Below the pieces are notes generated by a model. That model saw nothing but the letters and a program-made list of their open reading frames with translations. It had not been told where the DNA came from and searched no databases. Positions 19,926 to 28,547 of a DNA stretch of 64,000 bases are shown piece after piece (position 1 is the first letter of the stretch; each line of letters opens with the position of its first letter). The position numbers were made by a program, and so were the translations under genes. This stretch comes from Candidatus Poribacteria bacterium. Lineage in GTDB: Bacteria; Poribacteria; WGA-4E; UBA9662. The stretch spans positions 1 through 64,000 of the forward strand of contig JAYGDX010000141.1 in the NCBI GenBank assembly GCA_046582655.1. The letters are read 5' to 3'.

Positions 19926-20669
19926 ATGACTCACCGATTTCTAACCTTAGTTGTTATTTCAAGTTTTTGCATAGTTGGTTGTTTAACTGAAAAACCAGAA
20001 AAAATATTAGAAACCTCAGAAGCAAATATACCTCAGACCGAAGAGGCCAACCTAACCGTGGCTGAACTTTCTTTGTCATTGGCTAAATCAAGTTATCAAC
20101 CTAAAGAACCGATTCACTTGGACATGACCATCAAAACTGGTAAGTTCGATTTATTGGCACCTTATGTCACTGCCGGCGGAACAGGTGCTTTTACTAAACT
20201 CATAGTCAAAAATGAAGTGGGAGAAACTGTTAAACCCAAGCATCCGATCACCATGGCCAATGAATCAAAAACTTTGATCTGGAATGGTAAAGAGGCACGA
20301 AGTATTCGAGGAATAAAACTGAGCACCAAAACAGAGAGGAAAGTTGCGTTGGACAACCTACGCACTTATTATGATCTCACCTCTGGCGATTATACGCTAC
20401 AGGTTTTGATGAACTTGAAAGTTTATCGCGATTTTCTGGCAGATCAATCCCCTCAAATTGTTGAAATTGAGCGCGAGATCGCAGAGATCCAAGGTTCGAC
20501 AAAACTCCCCGCTGACGCTAAACGAGAAGCTACAACTCGGTTAAGAGAAGAGATTGAGTATATCCAAAATCAAGAAAAAGAAAGATCAGATCGAATATAC
20601 TTGCCCCTGGATTCTTACCGAGGTTCAACAAATCTTGAATCTAACATTACCATCCTGAAAATCGAATAA
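19926..20669 (+). CDS. Hypothetical lipoprotein (beta-rich domain with helical hairpin insert)
   Basis: IVGC lipobox, AGGAG RBS, 247-aa ORF. Confidence 0.75.
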   Translation: MTHRFLTLVVISSFCIVGCLTEKPEKILETSEANIPQTEEANLTVAELSLSLAKSSYQPKEPIHLDMTIKTGKFDLLAPYVTAGGTGAFTKLIVKNEVGETVKPKHPITMANESKTLIWNGKEARSIRGIKLSTKTERKVALDNLRTYYDLTSGDYTLQVLMNLKVYRDFLADQSPQIVEIEREIAEIQGSTKLPADAKREATTRLREEIEYIQNQEKERSDRIYLPLDSYRGSTNLESNITILKIE

Positions 20670-20848
20670 GGTTGATCCAAAATTATTCAACTGCTATTCT
20701 GGGTCTCTATGTTCCAGTTGTACAACTAAGCTAGGCATTTTGCCGTATTAACCTCGAGGAATTATGCAATAGGGCATCATCGGAAGGACAGTTACAAGGC
20801 AAATATATATAAATTGAATTTCTGTAGCTTCTCTTTTGTTTCTTTGAT

Positions 20849-21646
20849 TTAACCAAATTCGCCGATAATACGCTGAACAATTTTTTTCTGAATCGCTGTA
20901 TCAGATGGTTTTTCCAATTCATAGACTTGATCTGAAATTAGGTGCTTGTACTGTTCAACTGGGCCACCTCCGGAGTGATTTCCCATATAGCGATTGAAGA
21001 TTGTTATGCGCGGATAATTTTCTGTCCAACGTCTAGCACCGTGGTAGAGTGCTTCCGTAAAAATGATGCAGTCGCCTGCGCTGACCGGAACATTAATAAC
21101 AGTTGGTGGCCCTTGGTAAATCGATATATTATCAGGTGCCTGAAAGTTTCTTTTATGACTGCCGATTAAGCAAACAAATCCTGTTTCATTCGGTACATCC
21201 ACCAGCGAAGTTGCTGCGTTTAGAAAGCCGGCGTACAGTTGACCTTCACAGACTGTGTAATCTGTACCAGAAGCGTGAAAATGGATATCATCTGATTCTA
21301 CAGTATTTCTGGTCAGTGCAGTGTCAACCAGAGTCGGATTACCTTTGGTCAATGATATAACGACACGCATAATTTCTTTGTTCAACACCAGCTTTTGAAA
21401 AACCTGATCACCATACTGAATATTATTGATCCATCGAGCTATTGTTGGCGAATAATCTGGGTGAGTATCCGCAGTCGAAGTCAGCGGTTGCGGCAGATCT
21501 TCTAACTTCATTGCGTGCCACTGATGGCCAAGTTTAACCATTTTCTCGATGTCCTGCTGCGGTATAACTTCTCTCAGGATAAGGAACCCATGGTGGTCGA
21601 AATACCATTTTTCTTCTAGGGTTAACATGTCTACATTAGGTCGCAA
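20849..21646 (-). CDS. PhyH-family Fe(II)/2OG oxygenase (H-A-S motif)
   Basis: FDHHGFLIL, IHFHASG, IGSHK, AGDCIIFTEALYHG, PRITIF. Confidence 0.88.
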   Translation of the reverse strand: MRPNVDMLTLEEKWYFDHHGFLILREVIPQQDIEKMVKLGHQWHAMKLEDLPQPLTSTADTHPDYSPTIARWINNIQYGDQVFQKLVLNKEIMRVVISLTKGNPTLVDTALTRNTVESDDIHFHASGTDYTVCEGQLYAGFLNAATSLVDVPNETGFVCLIGSHKRNFQAPDNISIYQGPPTVINVPVSAGDCIIFTEALYHGARRWTENYPRITIFNRYMGNHSGGGPVEQYKHLISDQVYELEKPSDTAIQKKIVQRIIGEFG

Positions 21647-21686
21647 AATTATAGTTTCTCACCTAGATGGAATATTTTTGTTGATT

Positions 21687-22589
21687 CTATCGGTTGAAAA
21701 TCCCATTCATAGATGCTAACGCAATTCTGATAGCTTCTACAAATTTTGTTCGTTTTCCAATTCCTAATAATTCTAGATCAGAACAGTCCAGTTGACAATT
21801 CTGAGGTCTTGGTGCGCCGGCAGGCGGATGTTTACCTGGGATGATATGATCTACATCAGCTCCCCAAACTTCAGCCATGGTATGAGCCATATGGTATTTC
21901 GTCATCGGTTGATTGCCAGACCAGTGATATGTTCCATTGAAGTCAGGATTTTGTGCCCGATGCTCTAGGATCTGGTGACAAACATAAGCAACATCATCAA
22001 CATAGGTCGGATATCGGGTTGCCCAATCATCGATTTCAATTTCCGATCGGCTAACCACAGCTTCAGCAACTTGGGTAACGGAAGATTCATCCAAAGTCTC
22101 AACCTTTCCGTAAAGAATAGGGAGTCTTAAGCTCCCTCCGCTTACTACATTTTGCCATATCATTTTTTCACCTTCGAGTTTGCTTTCTCCATAAAGATTC
22201 AAAGGATTGGTAGCGGAATTTGGGGTATAAGGTGGTAATGTCCCGTCAAAGACATAATTAGTAGAGATATATAACATCCATGACTTGATCTGGCTGGCAA
22301 CACAAGCGATATTCCCGGTAGCGTGTATGTTAAGCGCCTTGGTTGTTTCAGGATCGTTTTGACAAACGTCAGGTCTCCGTTCGGCGGCAGCGTGAATGAT
22401 GAAATCTGGATTGTGTAAGACAAGAAATTCTGACACGGAATCAAAATCCAAGAGATCCAGCTTAACAAGATTGGTGTTTGCACGGTTAAATGCTGTACCA
22501 ATCACCGTGAATTTAGATTGTTCCTGGAATTCCCTAACTAAAGCGCGTCCAAGCAAACCAGAGGCACCGGTGATGACAACTTTGCGCAT
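21687..22589 (-). CDS. Extended SDR, RmlD/MAT2B-like
   Basis: ITGASGLLGR, AAERRPD, YISTNYVFDG, YGESK (YxxxK). Confidence 0.88.
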   Translation of the reverse strand: MRKVVITGASGLLGRALVREFQEQSKFTVIGTAFNRANTNLVKLDLLDFDSVSEFLVLHNPDFIIHAAAERRPDVCQNDPETTKALNIHATGNIACVASQIKSWMLYISTNYVFDGTLPPYTPNSATNPLNLYGESKLEGEKMIWQNVVSGGSLRLPILYGKVETLDESSVTQVAEAVVSRSEIEIDDWATRYPTYVDDVAYVCHQILEHRAQNPDFNGTYHWSGNQPMTKYHMAHTMAEVWGADVDHIIPGKHPPAGAPRPQNCQLDCSDLELLGIGKRTKFVEAIRIALASMNGIFNR

Positions 22590-22604
22590 GATCCTCCCAA
22601 TTTA

Positions 22605-24245
22605 TTACTGATTAGAACAGATAATAATCTCACCGACCGACAAGTTAACTTCCTCCCAGTTGGAACTTGGATTAACTAGACGCCAGGCAAAACTGAGATC
22701 AATATTACTACCATTATAAAACACTATCCGGTATTGTCGGCAGAATTTCAGTTGAACTAGAGACAACAACTGGGGCGGGATCAATTTCCCACCTGAAGAT
22801 TGTCTAATCTCAATTACCGAATTAAGTTGACCTTGATCAAGAGATAAACCTAGCAGAAGTTTCCCATAACATCCAGTAACGGCACCGGTTCCCCAGTTGC
22901 GACCATGTCCGGCAGCAACGGAGCAAATAGCACCACCCATGTCAGCGTGTTCTCTGCCACCACGAAGCACACGCCGGGCAATTGACAATCGCGTTACAGC
23001 ACTTTTAAAAGCTCGCATGGCATAAACAGGATCATCTGTTAATTCGTAGGCAAGTGATAGTGTAGCGGTCGAAGGTTCCTGAATTGGAATAACTGATCCA
23101 TCCTCAGACCATTCTCCCCATAGCGCCATATCCGCTCGTTTACCAACGCCTAATCCGCGAATCTTCCGTCTTTCTGGAAAGATCAAGGCAAGTTGATCCG
23201 GCGGCGAATCTGGAAATTTCCCAATCTGAGTTTCGATTAATGGATCAAAACTCGAATCCTGAAACGTGATTCGATAGTAACTGATTACAGCCGCTCCTGG
23301 ATCGTTGTATGGATCAACAAGTGTTGGAATTAGTGGTTCAACAATTTTCCGTGTTGCCTGTTGGAAAATGGGGTCACCTGATAAAAGATAGAGATCTCCA
23401 AGCGCGTAAACCGCGCCAGATGCAAGCAGATTTTCAATCCCACCTAGTCTATTTCCGGAGTGGTGATGATGACTGTTAGCTAACGAATGAAGACCAAGCT
23501 GGTTAACCTGGGTTGGACTCAGAGCGTTCCCATCAAGATCCCATAGTAATGGTATTTCAGGCCAACTGAGAATACGTGCTGCCCGTTTTCGTCCATACCG
23601 TATTGACCAATCAAGGTAGCGTTGATCTGTCGAGACTTTATAAGCGGCAAGAGCGAGATGAATGAAACGAAAGTGCTCAGCCAACTCGTAAGAATTTTTC
23701 CCGTCTTCACGAACTTCCTGCGTACCAATAAAAAAGCTGTGAAAAACGTCACGATTATAATCATACCAGTCTGGAATGGAATCAACCCAGTTTCCAATAT
23801 GCTCTGCCGCATCGAGCAATAACGAAACGGCTTCTTGATCATCCGGTACCAATCCAATATAACGTGGCAAAAAAAGCAGAAACGGTTCTGGGCCATGATG
23901 CGCTTCTGCAACCGGTTCATAACCGTGAAAACACTCTCGATCTACCCAGCCTGAGAGGGCTAGTTTTAGATTTTGACAGTGATCCAAGACATCCGTACTG
24001 CCCGTAACCAAATAGTGGTCAAACCATGCCAGAGCATAATTTGCTTCATCTTCTCCACCTTGGTTAGGCCCAGGCGGATCTAAGCGAACGCTTTGTTTCA
24101 ACCACTGATCCATCTCATGACGAAGATCTGCGTAGTATACGTAACATTGCTGAATCGGATCATCTGAACCGGCAATTGTTCTTGGTCCCACTTTCCCAAC
24201 CTTTATGAATCCCTTATCTCTTGCCAGGTATATTTGTTTCTGCAT
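22605..24245 (-). CDS. Hypothetical protein, possible alpha/alpha-toroid (glycosidase/epimerase-like)
   Basis: 546-aa ORF with repeated Y.(V/L)(T/S).D..(Y/F/V) helical-hairpin units. Confidence 0.7.
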   Translation of the reverse strand: MQKQIYLARDKGFIKVGKVGPRTIAGSDDPIQQCYVYYADLRHEMDQWLKQSVRLDPPGPNQGGEDEANYALAWFDHYLVTGSTDVLDHCQNLKLALSGWVDRECFHGYEPVAEAHHGPEPFLLFLPRYIGLVPDDQEAVSLLLDAAEHIGNWVDSIPDWYDYNRDVFHSFFIGTQEVREDGKNSYELAEHFRFIHLALAAYKVSTDQRYLDWSIRYGRKRAARILSWPEIPLLWDLDGNALSPTQVNQLGLHSLANSHHHHSGNRLGGIENLLASGAVYALGDLYLLSGDPIFQQATRKIVEPLIPTLVDPYNDPGAAVISYYRITFQDSSFDPLIETQIGKFPDSPPDQLALIFPERRKIRGLGVGKRADMALWGEWSEDGSVIPIQEPSTATLSLAYELTDDPVYAMRAFKSAVTRLSIARRVLRGGREHADMGGAICSVAAGHGRNWGTGAVTGCYGKLLLGLSLDQGQLNSVIEIRQSSGGKLIPPQLLSLVQLKFCRQYRIVFYNGSNIDLSFAWRLVNPSSNWEEVNLSVGEIIICSNQ

Positions 24246-24472
24246 AGAGAGCTATCTTGACAAATTTTCAAACGACAGACTGGCAAATTTTATAGATTGC
24301 TGACAGGATGAATTACGTGGTAAACTCACTTAAAGCACCTTTAAAAAGACACCGACTGGTTTGAAAATCGTCTATTTTAGAGCATATCATCCCTCGATCA
24401 ACCTGTCAATTCAACTCTTTTAAGTTCATTTGATGAAATAACATTCTAACATGTAAGGAGAAACCATTTTCT

Positions 24473-25288
24473 GTGGCTAATTCACCAGAACTTTGTGAAG
24501 ATCAACTTCAATTCTTTGCCACCTTTGGCTATATCGTCCTGCAACAGTTATTAACACCTGAGGATCTGGAAATTCTTGCCGCTGAAATCGATCAAGGACT
24601 GGATGTCCAATTTCCGCATAAACCCTTCGATGGCAGTCAGCGACAATGGAGCCGAATGACAGATGAAACCACACCATTTTCCGCCTCATTGATGGAAGAT
24701 GTTCGGTTCTTGACCCCAGCACAGCAGATCTGTGGAGAGGACGTACTCGGAATCGGTATAGATGCAAATCGCTATGTCGGCGATACTGGCTGGCATTCTG
24801 ACACAGGAAATCCTCAACAGATTGCTGTCAAGTATATTTTTTATCTTGATCCGGTTACGGCTAAAACCGGAGCTTTGCGTGTGATTCTGGGATCTCATCT
24901 ATTACAAGAAACCGAACGCCGAATCTTTGCGAAAGGAATTCAAAATACTCCGCTTCAGGAGGTACCTTGCCAGACGATAAATACGAACCCAGGAGACGTG
25001 ATCGCTTTTGATGTTCGTACATGGCACGCGTCCTACGGAGGCAGTCAAAATAGGCGTGCGTGCAATCTGGACTACTTTCAGAACCCAAAAGCTTCCGACG
25101 ATATTGAATTACTTCTGCAGCTTGGAAGATCTCATGCTGGTTCTATTAATCACTTCAACACCAAGCGCAAATTTAACTATTCCAAAAACTGGCTAAAAAA
25201 TCCACATCAAAGTCAAATTAGACAACGCTGGATAGATCGGTTCCATGAGATTGGTTATCTTGATCAGCCCGGGGTTGCTGAATTATAA
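24473..25288 (+). CDS. PhyH-family Fe(II)/2OG dioxygenase (canonical HxD)
   Basis: FATFGYIVL, WHSD, GALRVILGSH, PGDVIAFDVRTWHAS..NRR. Confidence 0.92.
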   Translation: MANSPELCEDQLQFFATFGYIVLQQLLTPEDLEILAAEIDQGLDVQFPHKPFDGSQRQWSRMTDETTPFSASLMEDVRFLTPAQQICGEDVLGIGIDANRYVGDTGWHSDTGNPQQIAVKYIFYLDPVTAKTGALRVILGSHLLQETERRIFAKGIQNTPLQEVPCQTINTNPGDVIAFDVRTWHASYGGSQNRRACNLDYFQNPKASDDIELLLQLGRSHAGSINHFNTKRKFNYSKNWLKNPHQSQIRQRWIDRFHEIGYLDQPGVAEL

Positions 25289-25295
25289 ACATACC

Positions 25296-26232
25296 ATGAC
25301 GAAATTGAGTGTGTCACCATTGTCAGTAGAACTAGTTTTTATGGTGACTGTGCTAGGATGTGGTGAGACTGAAAAGCAGAGAGTTGTGGATTCAGAACGG
25401 AACTCCGTGAAAACCCAATTAGTTGATGATAGACAGGTAAGTAAAATAACCTTTAAATCCAACAGAGACGGAAATGACGAGATCTATGCTATTAATGTAA
25501 ATAGAACTGGCCTGATGAAAATTACGCATCATCCAGCCAGAGATTACTATCCGTCTTGGTCGCCAGATGGAGATAGAATTGTTTTCTCTTCAGATCGGGA
25601 CGGAAACTTAGAGATTTATACTACTAAAGTTAGACGGGACTAATGCAACACGGCGTACGAAACATCCGCAGGAAGATCATGATCCATCTTGGTCGCCAGA
25701 TGGGAACAAGATTGCTTTCTCTTCCGGCAGGAACGGAAACTTAGAGATTTATACCTTAGACTTAGACAGAACGGATTTAACTAGGCTAACCAACAACATA
25801 TCCAAAGACTATGATCCATCTTGGTCACCAAACGGGGATCAGATTGCTTTTTCCTCCAAAAGGGACGGGAACTTTGAAATCTATGTCATGAAAGCGGATG
25901 GAACTGATGTAACCCGACTCACCAATCATAATGCCGAAGATTACTATCCATCTTGGTCACCAGATGGAAATAGAATTGCTTTTTCCTCCAAAAGGGATGG
26001 GAATTTTGAAATCTATGCCATGAAGGTAGATAGACCTCACATCACCAGACTAACTCATAGTCCTGATGTGGACCAAGACCCAACTTGGGCACCAAGCGGA
26101 AATAGAATTGCTTTCTCTTCCAAAAGGGACGGGAACTTTGAAATCTATGTCATGAAAGCGGATGGGACTGATGTAACCCGACTCACCAATCATAATGCCG
26201 AAGATTACTATCCGTCTTGGTCGCCATTCTAA
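25296..26232 (+). pseudogene. TolB-like six-bladed PD40 beta-propeller lipoprotein, +1 frameshift at about 25625-25630
   Basis: VLGC lipobox; six 44-aa repeats (IAFSSKRDGNFEIY...PSWSPDG) read continuously if one base is removed. Confidence 0.85.
25843..26226 (+). repeat. Intragenic 120-bp direct repeat (25843-25962 and 26107-26226)
   Basis: Five differences by eye, all synonymous third-position; 132-bp repeat period. Confidence 0.9.
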
Positions 26233-26439
26233 CTCAATCTTTGTAATCAAGAACAGGAATTAAGCATGTGGTTAGTTGTAATTCTTTCCTCTCCCGGTTC
26301 AATGTGAACGCGGTGAACCTGTCAGCAATAGATCTATTAACCTCTAAATTAATTTCAGTAGAATTATTGACGGTAACAGGGTTCTCTGCTACAATTATCC
26401 ATCTGGATTTGTTTGCCTTTGGAAAAGAATACGAGGAAT

Positions 26440-27423
26440 ATGATGGAAGAAGCAAAAATTGGTTTTATCGGCTGCGGCGGTAATGCTAGCGGCCATATGA
26501 ACACGCTAGAGAACATTGACGGTGCTAGAATAGTTGCGACCTGCGATATTGATGAAAACCGAGCCAATGCAGCAGCGCAAAAGCATAATGCTAATCCATA
26601 TACAGATCATCGTTCTATGCTGGAACGCGCTGACTTGGATGCCATATATCTAAGTCTACCCGTATTTGCCCATGGCCAGCCGGAGTTGGACGTGATTGAT
26701 AGAGGTCTGCCGTTTTTGGTCGAGAAACCTGTTGCTATCGAAATGGACATTGCGCATCAAGTTGAAGAGGCTGTTCGCAAAGCGGACCTAATTACCTGTG
26801 TTGGTTATCAGTTAAGATACCTAGGGGCGACAAAATTCGCACGCCAGATTTTGGCAAAGAACGATGTTAGTATGGGAATCGGCAAATACTGGAGTGGTAC
26901 CGGTCGGGGCAATCCAGACGTCTGGATTCGCCAAATGAATAAATCAGGTGGGCAACTGCTGGAACAGGCAACACATACAATCGACATGATGCGATATTTG
27001 CTTGGCGAGGTCGAAGAGGTCCATGCCATGCAGACTAGCCGGGTATTAACTGAGATTGATTGTCCCGATAGTAATATTGTGTCATTGAAGTTTGAAAATG
27101 GCGCCGTCGGTTCACTCACAGCTTACTGGGCTTTCGATAATGGTGATTGGTCACATACCAATGTAGTTGATGTCCTATATAAAGATCAGTTAATCAACTG
27201 GAATCCAAGTCGCTTGAGAATCAAAGAAAACGGTGAATATGTTGATAAAACGGAAGCCAGCCCTTCAATAGACGAAGTCTTTGTTGAAGCAGTTAGATCG
27301 GGCAACAGATCGCAGATTCTCAGCCCATACGCTGACGCAGTCAAAACCATGGCAGTGTCAATTGCCGCCAATCAATCTGGGTGCACAGGAAAGTCCATAA
27401 AGATCAGTAACCTGTCAAATTGA
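26440..27423 (+). CDS. Gfo/Idh/MocA oxidoreductase
   Basis: IGFIGCGGNA, LVEKPVA, GGQLLEQATH. Confidence 0.93.
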   Translation: MMEEAKIGFIGCGGNASGHMNTLENIDGARIVATCDIDENRANAAAQKHNANPYTDHRSMLERADLDAIYLSLPVFAHGQPELDVIDRGLPFLVEKPVAIEMDIAHQVEEAVRKADLITCVGYQLRYLGATKFARQILAKNDVSMGIGKYWSGTGRGNPDVWIRQMNKSGGQLLEQATHTIDMMRYLLGEVEEVHAMQTSRVLTEIDCPDSNIVSLKFENGAVGSLTAYWAFDNGDWSHTNVVDVLYKDQLINWNPSRLRIKENGEYVDKTEASPSIDEVFVEAVRSGNRSQILSPYADAVKTMAVSIAANQSGCTGKSIKISNLSN

Positions 27424-27560
27424 CAAAGTCTTAGATCTATTTATTCCATCGTCCATAACAGTCTCCGGCATGACGATCTAAAGCTAGACGTGTTGTGCAG
27501 AGCTGAATGATGTGCCACTTTGTTTAATATCGATTCTCAAGTCATGCATAGATAGTAAAA

Positions 27561-28544
27561 ATGAGTCAAATCTATCGTATTGCGATTGTCGGTTGTGGAG
27601 GAATTTCAAAAGCCCATGGAACTGCCTGTCAGGAATCTGATCAACTAGATCTGGTTGCGGCCTGTGATATCAACCCACAGGCACTTAAGAGCTTTGCTGA
27701 TCAATTCAATGTTGAGCATACTTACCTTGACCTTCGTCAGATGCTGGAAAAGCAGACTCCTGATGTACTAGTGGTTGCAACCTGGCCAACACTTCATTTG
27801 AATAATATCTTGGAAGCTGTCCGTGGCAACACAAAAGCAATTCTTTGCGAAAAACCAATTGCGCTAAATGCCAATCAGGTGAAGCAGATGATTCAGGTAA
27901 CCACCAAGCATGATGTCCTACTGATGGAAGGATTTATGTATCGTCACCATCCATTGACTTTGACCGTTAAACAGAAAATTGAGTCGGGTGAGATTGGTGA
28001 GATTCGCTATATTAGAACTACATTTACTACAGGTCTAACGGATTATACAAATTGGCGCCTCCGTGGAGATCTTGGTGGTGGAGCCATGATGGATCTTGGT
28101 TGCTACTGCATAAATGCTATTCGCTATTTCATCGGTTCAGAACCTGAACGGGTTTGGGCGTCAGGAAGATACGTTTCCGCCACCAACGTTTGGGAAACGG
28201 TCTGCGGAACTTTTGACTTTGGCAATGGCGTTTCTGGTCAGTTTGATAGCGGTTTCGGCACATTATGGCGAGAGTCATATGAAATTGTGGGTACCGCAGG
28301 GTCTATTCTGGCACCAGTTGCCTGGGGAAACAACAAAGGCGATACAAGTTTTATTTTGAACGGTGAAACAGTTGAGGTCGATGGTGCAAACCCCTATGCT
28401 GCTGAGTTGACCAATTTATGCCAAGCAACATCGACAAACGATCCCCTGCTTGTGCCGCTGGAAGATTCGCTTGAAAATGCACGGGTTATTGATGCTATTC
28501 ATGAATCAGCCAAGTCTGGTAGATGTGTCACTGTTGAGAGATAA
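27561..28544 (+). CDS. Gfo/Idh/MocA oxidoreductase (D-xylose dehydrogenase-like)
   Basis: IVGCGGI, LCEKPIA, MEGFMYRHHP, GGGAMMDLGCY. Confidence 0.93.
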   Translation: MSQIYRIAIVGCGGISKAHGTACQESDQLDLVAACDINPQALKSFADQFNVEHTYLDLRQMLEKQTPDVLVVATWPTLHLNNILEAVRGNTKAILCEKPIALNANQVKQMIQVTTKHDVLLMEGFMYRHHPLTLTVKQKIESGEIGEIRYIRTTFTTGLTDYTNWRLRGDLGGGAMMDLGCYCINAIRYFIGSEPERVWASGRYVSATNVWETVCGTFDFGNGVSGQFDSGFGTLWRESYEIVGTAGSILAPVAWGNNKGDTSFILNGETVEVDGANPYAAELTNLCQATSTNDPLLVPLEDSLENARVIDAIHESAKSGRCVTVER

Positions 28545-28547
28545 TCT

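Noticed and set aside
21687..22589. rmlD/rfbD of rhamnose biosynthesis
   Set aside because: No rmlABC nearby, and the sequence pattern is closer to MAT2B-like SDRs; symbol withheld.
25843..26226. Near-identical repeat pair as the template/variable repeats of a diversity-generating retroelement
   Set aside because: Both copies are in-frame blades of one propeller, all differences are synonymous and include C/T changes, and no reverse transcriptase is present.
25440..26226. Regularly spaced repeats as a CRISPR array
   Set aside because: The 132-bp period is a coding PD40 repeat; there are no unique spacers and no cas genes.
25296..26232. Bona fide tolB gene
   Set aside because: Lacks the TolB N-terminal domain and tolQRA/pal neighbours.
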